Positions 11,151 to 21,095 are shown, numbered from the stretch's first letter. The stretch: DNA of 64,000 nt from an uncultured Candidatus Rokubacteria bacterium (GCA_963708025.1 CAVPSB010000031.1:288001-352000); one strand, 5' to 3'. The notes: generated by a model from the sequence alone, not told the origin. Made by a program: numbers and translations.

Positions 11151-12230
11151 GTGACAATGCGGGATCTGCTGGTGGCGATGGCCGAGCGCAATGCCTCGGA
11201 CCTCCACATCACGTCCGGCACGCCACCGACCCTGCGCGTGCACGGCCACCTGATGCCGCTGGAGTATCCGCCCCTCACCCCGGACCAGACCAAGGCGCTC
11301 GCCTACAGCCTGATCACGACCGAGCAGCGGGAGCGGTTCGAGGCCAACCACGAGCTGGACTTCTCCTACGGAATCACCGGGCTGTCCCGCTATCGCGTGA
11401 ACGTCTACCAGCAGAAGAACGCGGTCGGCATCGCCATTCGCTCGATTCCCCACCAGCCGAAGACGTTCGAGGAGCTGGGCCTGCCGGCCGAGATCTGCAA
11501 CAACCTGATCAGCAAGACCAAGGGGCTCATCCTGGTCACCGGGCCCACCGGGCACGGCAAGACGACCACGATGGCGGCGATGATCGACAAGATCAACAAG
11601 ACCCGCGACGTCCACATCGTCACCGTCGAGGATCCGCTCGAGTACCTGCACGAGCACCAGAAGGCGCTGGTGAACCAGCGGGAGGTCGGTCAGGACACCC
11701 ACTCGTTTCCGGCGGCCCTCAAGTACGTCCTCCGTCAGGACCCCGACGTGGTCCTCATCGGTGAGATGCGGGACCTGGAGACGATCCAGGCGGCCCTGAC
11801 CATCGCCGAGACAGGGCATCTGACCTTCGCCACCCTGCACACCAACTCCTGCGCCCAGTCGATCGACCGCATCATCGACGTGTTCCCGCCCCACCAGCAG
11901 TCCCAGGTGCGGGCCCAGCTCGCGCTGGTCCTGGAGGCGGTGTTCAACCAGCTCCTCATCCCCCGGAAGGACGGGCGGGGCCGGATGCTGGCGATGGAAA
12001 TCTTGGTCGCCACGCCGGCCATCCGGAATATGATCCGGGAGGAGAAGGTGCACCAGATCTACTCGGCGATGCAGGCCGGCCAGAAGTTCGCGATGCAGAC
12101 GATGAACCAGGCACTGGCGAATGTGTACCTGCGGGGACAGATCACCCGGCAGGAGGCGATCTCGCGGAGCCTGTATCCGGACGAGCTGCTCCGCCTCATC
12201 GAGCAGCCTGCCCAGATGGCGTCGCGATAG
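11151..12230 (+). CDS. pilT: Type IV pilus retraction ATPase PilT
   Basis: ASDLH, GPTGHGKTT, EDPLE, LRQDPD, ETGHL, AIRNMIRE. Confidence 0.96.
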   Translation: MTMRDLLVAMAERNASDLHITSGTPPTLRVHGHLMPLEYPPLTPDQTKALAYSLITTEQRERFEANHELDFSYGITGLSRYRVNVYQQKNAVGIAIRSIPHQPKTFEELGLPAEICNNLISKTKGLILVTGPTGHGKTTTMAAMIDKINKTRDVHIVTVEDPLEYLHEHQKALVNQREVGQDTHSFPAALKYVLRQDPDVVLIGEMRDLETIQAALTIAETGHLTFATLHTNSCAQSIDRIIDVFPPHQQSQVRAQLALVLEAVFNQLLIPRKDGRGRMLAMEILVATPAIRNMIREEKVHQIYSAMQAGQKFAMQTMNQALANVYLRGQITRQEAISRSLYPDELLRLIEQPAQMASR

Positions 12231-12251
12231 GGGCTCGACAGGGAGGGAACC

Positions 12252-13481
12252 ATGCCGACGTTCACGTACAAGGGCCTCAAGTCCGACGGCGGCGCCGTCG
12301 CCGCCGAGATCACGGCGGCGGACGAGCGGGCCGCGGCCCGCCAGCTGCGGTCCCAGGGGATCACGGTCCAGACCCTGGCCGCCAAGCGGGCCGCCGCCGG
12401 CAGCTTCGATCTCGCGAACCTCCCGGTCGTGGGGTCGCTCCTGGGCGGGGTCCGGAGCCGGGACGTCTCCGTGTTCACCCGGCAGTTCGCCACGATGATC
12501 AGCGCCGGGTTGCCGCTGGTCCAGTGCCTGCAGGCGCTCGGACAGCAGGCCGAGCGGAAGCGCTTCCAGGACATCATCGCCCGGGTCGCCGCCGACGTAG
12601 AGGGCGGGGCCACGCTCTCCGAGGCGATGTCGCGGCACCCGAAGGTGTTCGACGAGCTGTACGTCAACCTGGTCCACGTCGGCGAGATCGGCGGCGTCCT
12701 GGACTCGATGCTGGCCCGGCTCGCCATCTACATGGAGAAGTCCGAGGCCCTGAAGCACCGGGTGCGGACGGCTCTGGTATACCCGATCCTCGTCATCACC
12801 GTGGCGCTGGGCGTCGTGACCTTCCTGCTGATCTTCATCATCCCGATCTTCACCCGGTTCTACGATCAGGCCGGCGTGCCCCTGCCGCCGCCGACGCAGT
12901 TCGTCGTGAGCTTATCCAGGTTCGTCGTCACCTACTGGTACGGCCTGCTCATCGGGGCGGCCGCGATCTTCGTCGGGTTCCGCTGGTGGTACAAGACCGA
13001 GGCCGGGCGGCTCACGGTGGACCGCTTCCTCCTGCGGGCGCCCATCTTCGGCGTCCTGTTGCGGAAGATCGCGGTCGCCCGCTTCACCCGGACGCTGTCC
13101 GCGCTCATCAGCGGCGGCGTTCCGATCCTGGACGCCCTGCGGATCACCGCCAAGACCGCCGGCAACCGGATCGTCGAGAACGCCGTCATGGACGCCCGCG
13201 AGCGCGTGACCGCCGGCCAGACCCTGGCCGAGCCCTTGCGCCAGAGCAAGGTGTTCCCGGCGATGGTCGTCCAGATGGTGTCGGTGGGTGAGCAGACCGG
13301 CGCCCTGGACAACATGCTCGGCAAGGTCGCCGACTACTACGAAGACGAGGTGGACGTCGCCGTCTCCGGTCTGACGTCCCTGCTGGAGCCGATCATGATC
13401 GTGTTCCTCGGCATCGTGGTCGGCGGCATCGTCATCTCGATGTACCTGCCGATCTTCCAGGTGATCACGCTCGTGAAGTAG
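12252..13481 (+). CDS. pilC: Type IV pilus platform protein PilC
   Basis: FTRQFATMISAGLP, GEIGGVLD, GEQTGALD, MYLPIF. Confidence 0.96.
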   Translation: MPTFTYKGLKSDGGAVAAEITAADERAAARQLRSQGITVQTLAAKRAAAGSFDLANLPVVGSLLGGVRSRDVSVFTRQFATMISAGLPLVQCLQALGQQAERKRFQDIIARVAADVEGGATLSEAMSRHPKVFDELYVNLVHVGEIGGVLDSMLARLAIYMEKSEALKHRVRTALVYPILVITVALGVVTFLLIFIIPIFTRFYDQAGVPLPPPTQFVVSLSRFVVTYWYGLLIGAAAIFVGFRWWYKTEAGRLTVDRFLLRAPIFGVLLRKIAVARFTRTLSALISGGVPILDALRITAKTAGNRIVENAVMDARERVTAGQTLAEPLRQSKVFPAMVVQMVSVGEQTGALDNMLGKVADYYEDEVDVAVSGLTSLLEPIMIVFLGIVVGGIVISMYLPIFQVITLVK

Positions 13482-13508
13482 CGACAGCCGGGCGAACCGG
13501 CGGCCGCC

Positions 13509-15167
13509 ATGGCCCCGCGCACCGAGACCGACAACGCCGTCCGCTGGCTCATCATCATGCGGGCGGGCGTGACGACCCTCCTGCTGGTCTCCGCGGGCGG
13601 GGTCTACATCTGGGGGTACCTGCCGTTCGGCTTCAAGCCGTTCGCGGCGGTGGTGGCCGCCAGCTACGGGTTGTCCGCCGTCTCGTGGATCGCGGCCCGC
13701 TGGCTCGGTGGGTCCCTCCGGTTCGCCGAGATCCAGATCTACCTCGACATCCTGCTGGAGACCGCTCTCATCTACGTCACCGGCGGGATCTTCAGCCTCT
13801 TCGCGTTCATCTACCTCTTCTCCATCATGGCGACCAGCATCGTGGTCGCCCCCCGCAAGAGCTTCGTGACCGCGACCGTGAGCGTCCTCGCCCACGGCTT
13901 CCTGCTCGACCTGCAGTTCTACCGGGTGTTGCCGCCGATCGGCGACTTCGCGGCCCGCCAGGACGTCCTCGCCGAGGGGAGCTTCACCATTCTGCTGATC
14001 TCGGCCAACGCGTGCGCCTCGTTCACGGTGGCCTACCTGGCCACCTACCTCGCCGAGCAGCTGCGCCAGGTGCGGTTCCAGGCCCGGCGCACCGAAGCGA
14101 GCCTGGTTGAGCTGCAAGTCCTGCACGAGGACATCGTCCAGAGCGTGTCCAGCGGGCTGGTCACCTTCGACCGCGACGGCCGACTCCTGACGGCGAACCG
14201 GACGGTCGAGGCGCTGGATGGGCGCTCCCAGGCCGAGCTGCGCCGGACGCCGTGGGATCGAATCTTCCAGCAGGCCCTGTCGTTCCCCCAGCTCTGGCGG
14301 ACTCTGCACGACCGGATGCGGGGGCCCCATCGGTTCTCGGCGATGCTGGTCCGGGGCGACGGCAGCACGATTCCCATCGGCGTGAGCGCGTCGGTGCTCC
14401 GGCGCGGCTCCGGGGAGCCGGTCGGCGTCATCTGCTCGTTTCAGGACCTGTCCGAGATCAAGCGCATGGAGGCTCAGATGCGACATGCCGATCGCCTGGC
14501 GGCGATCGGGCGGCTGGCCGCCGGGCTGGCGCACGAGATCCGGAACCCGATCGCCTCCATCCGGGGCGCGGTCGAGGTGCTCCGGCAGAATCTCAAGCCG
14601 CAAGGCGCCGACCGGCGTCTCATGGACATCGTCCTGCGTGAGTCGGACCGGCTGGACGGCACGATCACCGAGTTCCTGGAGTTCTCGCGACCACGCCGGC
14701 TCCAGCCAGCCCTGACCGACGTGACCCAGATGATCGACGAGGTCCTGCTGTTGATCGGCCAGAGCGGTCAAGGCGTGCGGATCGTCAAGGAGTACCCTGA
14801 CGGGACGGTGAAGGCGTACGTCGATGCCGCGCAGGTCCGGCAGGCGCTGTGGAACCTCTGCCGGAACTCGCTCGACGCCATGCCCCAGGGTGGCGACCTC
14901 CGGGTGGTCGCGCGGCTCGCCCCCGCCGAGGGTCGGGAGCAGCGAACCCTGATCGAGATCCTCGTGGAGGATTCCGGTCCCGGCATCTCCTCCGAACATC
15001 TGCCGAACATCTTCGAGCCCTTCTTCACCACCAAGCCCGACGGGACCGGCCTGGGGCTGGCCATCGTGCACCGGATCATCCAGGAGCACGAGGGCGACAT
15101 CCGGGTCGAGACCGCCCGGAGCGGGGGGGCCCGGTTCGTGATCCTGCTTCCGAACGTGGAGGCCTGA
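13509..15167 (+). CDS. pilS: Sensor histidine kinase PilS (multi-TM, PAS, HisKA, HATPase)
   Basis: About 6 TMs, AHEIRNP, NLCRN, DSGPG, PFFTTK, GTGLGL; lies between pilC and pilR. Confidence 0.9.
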   Translation: MAPRTETDNAVRWLIIMRAGVTTLLLVSAGGVYIWGYLPFGFKPFAAVVAASYGLSAVSWIAARWLGGSLRFAEIQIYLDILLETALIYVTGGIFSLFAFIYLFSIMATSIVVAPRKSFVTATVSVLAHGFLLDLQFYRVLPPIGDFAARQDVLAEGSFTILLISANACASFTVAYLATYLAEQLRQVRFQARRTEASLVELQVLHEDIVQSVSSGLVTFDRDGRLLTANRTVEALDGRSQAELRRTPWDRIFQQALSFPQLWRTLHDRMRGPHRFSAMLVRGDGSTIPIGVSASVLRRGSGEPVGVICSFQDLSEIKRMEAQMRHADRLAAIGRLAAGLAHEIRNPIASIRGAVEVLRQNLKPQGADRRLMDIVLRESDRLDGTITEFLEFSRPRRLQPALTDVTQMIDEVLLLIGQSGQGVRIVKEYPDGTVKAYVDAAQVRQALWNLCRNSLDAMPQGGDLRVVARLAPAEGREQRTLIEILVEDSGPGISSEHLPNIFEPFFTTKPDGTGLGLAIVHRIIQEHEGDIRVETARSGGARFVILLPNVEA

Positions 15168-15168
15168 C

Positions 15169-16545
15169 GTGGCCGAGCGCCTCCTGATCGTCGACGACGA
15201 GCAGAGCATGCGCGAGTGGCTCAGCATCGCGCTGTCCCAGGATGGCTTCGAGGTGGAGAGCGCCGGCAGCGGTGAAGAGGGGCTCAAGGTCCTCGAGCGG
15301 ACCCCGGTCGACCTGGCCCTGGTGGACCTGCGCATGCCGGGGATGGACGGGCTGGAGACGCTCCGCCGCATCAAGCAGCTCGACGAGGGCATCTCGGTCG
15401 TGATCATGACCGCCTACGCGACCGCCGAGACCGCGGTGCAGGCCCTCAAGGAAGGGGCCTACGACTACATCATCAAGCCGTTCAAGGTGGACGAGCTGCG
15501 CCACCTCCTCCAGAAGGCGCTCGAGGAGCGGCGACTCCGGGGCGAGAACCTGCGGCTCCGGCGCGAGATCGAGCTGCGCTACCACTTCGGGAACCTGATC
15601 GGCAAGAGCCCCAAGATGCAGGAGGTGTTCTCGACGATCGGGCGCCTCGGGGACAGCAAGGCCACCGTGCTCGTGACCGGGGAGAGCGGGACGGGCAAGG
15701 AGCTGGTGGCCAAAGCCGTCCACTTCAACTCCAATCGGAAGGACCGGGCTTTCGTGACGGTCAACTGCGGGGCGATCCCGCAGGAGCTGATGGAGTCCGA
15801 GCTGTTCGGGCACGTCAAGGGCGCTTTCACCGGGGCGGTGGCCGCCAAGCAGGGGCTCTTCGAGGTGGCGGACGGGGGCACGCTGTTCCTGGACGAGGTG
15901 AGCGAGCTGCCTCTGCACCTCCAGGTCAAGCTGCTCCGGGTGCTGGAGGATCCGGAGATCCGACCCGTCGGCGGCGTGAAGCCGGTCTGGGTGGACGTCC
16001 GGATCGTCGCCGCCACCAACCGGGACCTGCCCCAGGCCATCGCCGCCCGGACCTTCCGGGAGGACCTCTTCTACCGCCTGAACGTCATTTCGCTGCACAT
16101 CCAGCCGCTCCGGGAGCGGCGCGAGGACATCCCGCTCCTGGTGAGCCACTTCCTGCAGAAGTTCGCTGGTTCCGGCAACCCTCCCAAGCTGATCTCGCCC
16201 GACGCCCTCGCCGCGCTCGAGCGCTTCCCCTGGCCCGGCAACGTGCGGGAGCTCGAGAACGTCATCGAGCGGGCGACGACCCTGGAGGCCGGCCCGGTGC
16301 TGCGCGTGGAGAGCCTGCCGGAATCCGTCCAGGGACCTCAGACCCCCGACTTCGGCGGCGGCATCGTCTTGCCCGCCGAGGGGCTCGATCTCGACGAGCT
16401 CATGGAGCGCATCGAGCGCGATCTGCTCCGGCAGGCGTTGCGTCGGGCTGAGGGCATCCAGAACCGGGCCGCCCAGCTCCTCCGGACGAGCTTCCGGTCC
16501 TTCCGGTATCGCCTCCAGAAGTACGGTCTCGACCGGGCCGACTGA
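15169..16545 (+). CDS. pilR: sigma54-dependent response regulator PilR (NtrC family)
   Basis: REC, GESGTGKE, GAFTGA, FLDEV, FREDLFYRL, WPGNVREL, C-terminal HTH. Confidence 0.93.
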   Translation: MAERLLIVDDEQSMREWLSIALSQDGFEVESAGSGEEGLKVLERTPVDLALVDLRMPGMDGLETLRRIKQLDEGISVVIMTAYATAETAVQALKEGAYDYIIKPFKVDELRHLLQKALEERRLRGENLRLRREIELRYHFGNLIGKSPKMQEVFSTIGRLGDSKATVLVTGESGTGKELVAKAVHFNSNRKDRAFVTVNCGAIPQELMESELFGHVKGAFTGAVAAKQGLFEVADGGTLFLDEVSELPLHLQVKLLRVLEDPEIRPVGGVKPVWVDVRIVAATNRDLPQAIAARTFREDLFYRLNVISLHIQPLRERREDIPLLVSHFLQKFAGSGNPPKLISPDALAALERFPWPGNVRELENVIERATTLEAGPVLRVESLPESVQGPQTPDFGGGIVLPAEGLDLDELMERIERDLLRQALRRAEGIQNRAAQLLRTSFRSFRYRLQKYGLDRAD

Positions 16546-16560
16546 CAATTCTTGTCAGTC
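16540..16560. promoter_or_regulatory. Inverted repeat, candidate PilR upstream activating site
   Basis: GACTGACAA-TTC-TTGTCAGTC perfect 9-bp inverted repeat about 160 bp upstream of the pilin sigma54 promoter. Confidence 0.55.
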
Positions 16561-16715
16561 GGCTACTCCTTTTCGGCTGAGTGGGCAGATCATCAACGAC
16601 GGCAGGCACTTAGAGCCAGCAGGGCCCGACGGCGCCCGCCCGATGCTGGTCAGCCTGGAGCCGCCGTTCCCCCGGGATGATGTCTAAGTCATCGTCGATT
16701 ATCACTTTCCGGCGC

Positions 16716-16731
16716 GGGCACGACCATTGCT
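16716..16731 (+). promoter_or_regulatory. sigma54 promoter of the major pilin genes
   Basis: GGGCACGACCATTGCT (GG-N10-GC). Confidence 0.82.
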
Positions 16732-16797
16732 ACTCTCCTTGGCGCGCGCGGCGTGGTGCCGGGCGTGCGAAACCAACCCAAACAGGAGGAGGTCCTC

Positions 16798-17130
16798 ATG
16801 ACGTTCCGACGCTTGAAGAACCAGCGCGGTGTGACGCTGGTCGAGCTCATGGTCGTCGTCGCGATCATCGCCATCATCGCGGCCATCGCCATCACGCTCT
16901 ACCAGGACGTCCAGAAGAAGGCCCGGCTGGCCGCCGACAACGGCACGATCGCCGCGCTCCGCTCGGCCAGCGCGATCTACTACGGCAAGAACGACGGCAC
17001 CTTCCCGACCCAGGGCACGCTCCAGACGCTGGTCCAGGGCTTCGCGCTCCAGTGCCCGGGCGCAAACTGGGCGGCGGACGCCACCAACGGGAAGATCACG
17101 TACAACCCGAACGACATCAGCGCCTGCTAA
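16798..17130 (+). CDS. pilA: Type IV major pilin 1 (99-aa mature)
   Basis: AGGAGGAGG SD; leader MTFRRLKNQRG|VTLVELMVVVAII; E5; C-terminal Cys pair. Confidence 0.9.
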   Translation: MTFRRLKNQRGVTLVELMVVVAIIAIIAAIAITLYQDVQKKARLAADNGTIAALRSASAIYYGKNDGTFPTQGTLQTLVQGFALQCPGANWAADATNGKITYNPNDISAC

Positions 17131-17153
17131 CCACGTAGGAACGGACAGGTGAG

Positions 17154-17211
17154 GCGGAGGAGGGCGCCGAGGTGATCTCGAAAGCGGACCACCTCGGCGT
17201 CCTCGATCCGC
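17154..17211 (+). other. Stable RNA hairpin between the two pilin genes
   Basis: GAGGGCGCCGAGGTG (17160-17174) pairs with CACCTCGGCGTCCTC (17190-17204); extended by GCGGA/TCCGC. Confidence 0.6.
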
Positions 17212-17276
17212 GGACGAGGACGAACATGAACGCGAACAGAACTCCGGGAGGCCGGGTCGGGGAGGGGGGATCCACC

Positions 17277-17606
17277 ATGCGGCGACGGCTCCGCAACCAG
17301 CAGGGTGTCACGCTCGTCGAGCTCATGGTCGTGGTGGCGATCATTGCCATCATCGCGGCCATCGCGATCACGCTCTACCAGGACGTCCAGAAGAAGGCCC
17401 GGCTGGCCGCCGACAACGGCACCATCGCGGCGGTGCGCTCGGCCAGCGCCATCTACTTCGGCAAGAACGACGGCACCTTCCCGACGCAAGGCACGCTCCA
17501 GACGCTGGTCCGGGTTTTCCAGCTCCAGTGTCCGGGGGCGACGTGGGCGACGGACGTCACCAACGGGAAGGTCACGTACAGCCCGAACGACATCTCCGCG
17601 TGCTAG
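17277..17606 (+). CDS. pilA: Type IV major pilin 2 (paralog; alternative in-frame start at 17226)
   Basis: MRRRLRNQQG|VTLVEL; 89/99 mature residues identical to pilin 1. Confidence 0.88.
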   Translation: MRRRLRNQQGVTLVELMVVVAIIAIIAAIAITLYQDVQKKARLAADNGTIAAVRSASAIYFGKNDGTFPTQGTLQTLVRVFQLQCPGATWATDVTNGKVTYSPNDISAC

Positions 17607-17613
17607 GACGGCG

Positions 17614-18588
17614 ATGACGGCGATCGAGCGGCAGGCGACGAGACCGGGAAGCCGGGTCGAGATCTCGGTAGTGGTCCCGATTCTCGACGAGATCGAGAGC
17701 CTGCCCACGCTCTACCGGGAGCTCAGCGAGGTGCTGGAGACGCTCGGTCGCCCGTACGAGCTGGTGTTCGTGGACGACGGCAGCCGGGACGGGTCGTTCC
17801 ACACGCTCGAGAAGCTGCACCGGAGTGACGACCGGGTCCGCGTCATCCAGCTTCGCCGGAACTTCGGGAAGGCGGCCGCGCTGGCGGTCGGGTTCCGGGC
17901 GAGCCGTGGCGATGTCATCGTGACGCTGGATGCGGATCTTCAAGATTCTCCGTCGGAGCTGCCGCGGCTCCTGCAGCGACTGGAGGACGGCTACGACCTG
18001 GTGTCGGGCTGGAAGCAGGACCGCCAGGATCCCCTGTCGAAGACGCTGCCGTCACGGCTCTTCAACCGGGTGACCGCCTGGCTCACCGGCCTTCCGCTCC
18101 GGGACTTCAACTCCGGCTTCAAGGCGTACCGCCGGGAGGTCGTCGAGGAGCTGAGGCTGTACGGCGAGCTGCACCGGTTCATCCCGGCGCTGGCGGCGTG
18201 GCGCGGGTTCCGGGTCGACGAGGTCCCGGTCCACCACCGGCCCCGGCGGTTCGGGCGGTCGAAGTACGGCTCCGCGCGGTTCTGGCGCGGGTCGCTCGAC
18301 CTGCTCACCGTGCTCTTCCTGACCCGCTACACGCGGCGCCCGCTCCACCTGTTCGGGGGACTCGGACTCCTGGCCTGGGCGGGCGGCGGCGTCGTGAACC
18401 TCTATCTGGTCGGCCTCTGGCTGGCGGGCGTGCGACCGATCGGGAATCGCCCCCTCCTGGCCTTCGGCATCCTGAGCATGGTGGTCGGGCTCCAGTTCTT
18501 CTGCCTGGGACTCCTCAGCGAGCTGGTCCTCAGCTACCAGACTGCCCGCGGCGCCGACGACACTTCGATTCGGTGTCAGCTGAACTGA
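17614..18588 (+). CDS. GT2 polyprenyl-phosphate glycosyltransferase (ArnC/Dpm1-like)
   Basis: SVVVP, VDDGSRD, RNFGKAAAL, LDADLQD, DFNSGFKAY, two C-terminal TMs. Confidence 0.9.
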   Translation: MTAIERQATRPGSRVEISVVVPILDEIESLPTLYRELSEVLETLGRPYELVFVDDGSRDGSFHTLEKLHRSDDRVRVIQLRRNFGKAAALAVGFRASRGDVIVTLDADLQDSPSELPRLLQRLEDGYDLVSGWKQDRQDPLSKTLPSRLFNRVTAWLTGLPLRDFNSGFKAYRREVVEELRLYGELHRFIPALAAWRGFRVDEVPVHHRPRRFGRSKYGSARFWRGSLDLLTVLFLTRYTRRPLHLFGGLGLLAWAGGGVVNLYLVGLWLAGVRPIGNRPLLAFGILSMVVGLQFFCLGLLSELVLSYQTARGADDTSIRCQLN

Positions 18589-19196
18589 GGGCCGACCGGC
18601 CGGTCGGGGCGGCGCGCAGTGACAACGAGGGTAAGTACCGCTCGTCGAATCCTGTCGTTCGACGGCTGGTGGCGCGGTTCCTGGAGTGCGTGGGCGATCT
18701 GGTCGAGGCTCAGCAGCCCCGCCGGATCCTCGAGGTCGGGTGCGGTGAAGGAATCGTCATCGAGTACCTGTCGGCGCGCGTGCCCGGCGCCCGTTTCGAG
18801 GGGATCGAGCTGGATCCCGGCGCCCTCGCCCGCGGCCGCGTCCGCTGTCCGGCGGCGGCCCTCCTGCAGGGCGACGCGTACGACCTACCCTTCGCGCGGA
18901 GCAGCTACGACCTCGTGCTCTGCCTCGAGGTGCTGGAACACCTCCGGGAGCCCGGCCGGGCCCTCCAGGAGATCCGGCGCGTCGCCCGGGCCGGGTGCCT
19001 GCTGAGCGTTCCCCATGAACCCTTCTTCCGGCTCGGTAACCTCTTCCGCGGCAAGAACCTCGGCCGCCTCGGAAACCCGACCGACCACGTCCAGCACTGG
19101 GGCGCCCGTGGCTTCGCCGCGTTCTGTGCCCGGGAGCTGGCCGTCCGGACCGCCACTCGCTCCTTCCCCTGGCTCATCGTCCACGGGACCGTCTGA
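18573..19196 (+). CDS. Class I SAM-dependent methyltransferase
   Basis: ILEVGCGEG, GDAYDLPF, YDLVLCLEVLEHL. Confidence 0.88.
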   Translation: MSAELRADRPVGAARSDNEGKYRSSNPVVRRLVARFLECVGDLVEAQQPRRILEVGCGEGIVIEYLSARVPGARFEGIELDPGALARGRVRCPAAALLQGDAYDLPFARSSYDLVLCLEVLEHLREPGRALQEIRRVARAGCLLSVPHEPFFRLGNLFRGKNLGRLGNPTDHVQHWGARGFAAFCARELAVRTATRSFPWLIVHGTV

Positions 19197-20919
19197 GCGG
19201 ACGGTCCTGCTGCTCCTGGGGGCGCTGCTCCTGGTGGGGGCGGTCGTCCGCATCTGGGGCAACGACTACGGCCTGCCGCACACCTATCACCCGGACGAGG
19301 GGCACATCGTCAACCGGGCCATCCGGTTCCACGGTGGCGACCTCGACCCGAAGTTCTTCAACTGGCCGAGCCTGTACATGTACCTCCTCTCCGCCGTCTA
19401 CGGCGTGGTCTTTGGCCTGCGCGGCGTCGTCGAGTCGTTCAGCCAGGACCCGGTCCCGTTTTACCTCATCGGGCGGACGCTGACCGCGCTCATGGGCACG
19501 GCCACCATCGCCGTGCTCTACGTGCTCGCCGCCGAGCTGTACGGCGCGACCGTCGGCCTGCTGGCGGGCCTGTTCCTGACCGTCAATCTGCTCCACATCC
19601 GCGACTCGCACTACATCACGACCGACGTCCCGCTCACGTTCCTCATCACGGTCGCCCTCCTGTTCGTCTTCCGCTACTGGCGCGCCGGCCGGGGCCGCGA
19701 CGCGCTCTGGGCCGGCCTCTTCGCCGGGCTGGCCGCCTCGATGAAGTATCCGGGGGGGCTCGTGCTGCTTCCGCTGGCTCTGGCGCATCTGCTTCGCGAG
19801 CGGCCGCCGGGAGGGATCGTGCGGTGGGTGGTGAGCCCGACCATGATCCTGGCCGGGGTCCTGGCCGTAGTGGGCTTCCTGATCGGCACCCCCTACGCGG
19901 TGCTGACTCCGGTGGCGTTCGCCCGCGGGGTGTTCAGCGAGCTCCGGGAAGTGAACACCGTACAGTTCGGCAACGAGGCCGACATGAACGCCTATCTCTT
20001 CCACCTCCTCCATTCGTTCCCGGAGGGGATGGGCGTGCCGCTCTTGCTCCTGGCCCTGGTCGGCGTCGTCCTGACGGTCCTCCGTCAGGGCCGTCGCGAG
20101 GTGATCCTGCTGGCGTTCCCGTTGCCGTACTTCCTGGTGATCGGCAGCTGGAGCTCCCGCTTCGAGCGCTACACGCTTCCGCTCCTTCCGTTCCTCACGC
20201 TGCTGGCCGCCCTCGGCCTGGTCGCCATCGCCAGCTGGCTCCACGAGCGTGCGGCCCGGTGGTCCGGGCGGGTCACCGCCACCTGGTGGCCGGGGCTGGC
20301 GCTCGCGCTCGCCGTGGCCCTCCTGGTCGGCCCCGAGGTGGCGCGGGGGATCCACTGGCACCGGCTCCTGGCCCGGCCGGACACGCGGGCGGTGGCGGGG
20401 GAGTGGATCGAGCGGGAGATTCCGGCCGAAGCCCGGATCGCGATGGAGCCCTACTCCCCGGCCATCCGCCTCTCCCGCGCCATGGTGCGGGCCGAGCGGG
20501 AGCGTCTCGGCAACAGCGTGGCGGACACGATCACCCGGAATCGATACGATCAATTCCTGGCGAGCCAGGTTCCACCGACCGAGCGGGGGTACTGGCTCTT
20601 CCGCCTGAACCGGTACGATCTCGACCGGCTGCTCGGCGAGAAAGTCGAGTACGTGGTCCTGTCCGGCTTCACCTACCAGCGCTACCAGCGCGCCTGCGAT
20701 CGATACGCGGAAGCCTGCCGCTTCTACCGGGAGCTCGAGCGGCGTGGCACCCTGATCTACGCCATCGAGCCGGGTGCCGACGGACAGGCTCTCTGGGTCG
20801 GGGACATCTACTCGCCGCTGACCCGGCTCACCGAGCGCACTCGTCCGGGCCCGCCCATCAGGATCTACCGGCTCCTGGTGACCGGGCCCGCCGCCGGCCC
20901 GCCGCCGGGACGAGGCTGA
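19183..20919 (+). CDS. GT-C (PMT/ArnT-like) membrane glycosyltransferase; start uncertain (ACG 19183 or GTG 19234)
   Basis: HPDEG luminal motif after TM1, SHYITTD, MKYPG, ERYTLP, many TMs, soluble C-terminal domain. Confidence 0.8.
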   Translation, partial: TGPSERTVLLLLGALLLVGAVVRIWGNDYGLPHTYHPDEGHIVNRAIRFHGGDLDPKFFNWPSLYMYLLSAVYGVVFGLRGVVESFSQDPVPFYLIGRTLTALMGTATIAVLYVLAAELYGATVGLLAGLFLTVNLLHIRDSHYITTDVPLTFLITVALLFVFRYWRAGRGRDALWAGLFAGLAASMKYPGGLVLLPLALAHLLRERPPGGIVRWVVSPTMILAGVLAVVGFLIGTPYAVLTPVAFARGVFSELREVNTVQFGNEADMNAYLFHLLHSFPEGMGVPLLLLALVGVVLTVLRQGRREVILLAFPLPYFLVIGSWSSRFERYTLPLLPFLTLLAALGLVAIASWLHERAARWSGRVTATWWPGLALALAVALLVGPEVARGIHWHRLLARPDTRAVAGEWIEREIPAEARIAMEPYSPAIRLSRAMVRAERERLGNSVADTITRNRYDQFLASQVPPTERGYWLFRLNRYDLDRLLGEKVEYVVLSGFTYQRYQRACDRYAEACRFYRELERRGTLIYAIEPGADGQALWVGDIYSPLTRLTERTRPGPPIRIYRLLVTGPAAGPPPGRG

Positions 20920-21095
20920 GGGGCGACGGTGGGCGCCGTCGGGATCGCGTCGCCGCCGGCGCACGCCTGAGGCCCACCTTTTAAGCGTCGGCGGCAGCGG
21001 CTGGCTCGGTTAGGATGCCGTGAAAACGGAGCGCGAGAGAGGCGACCAATGCGACACGAGTGCGAGAGCTACGTAGGGCGGCGGCGACGGACGCC

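Noticed and set aside
16798-17606. Electrically conductive (e-pilin) candidates
   Set aside because: Only 7 aromatic residues in 99, no Phe1 or Tyr27, and long aromatic-free gaps.
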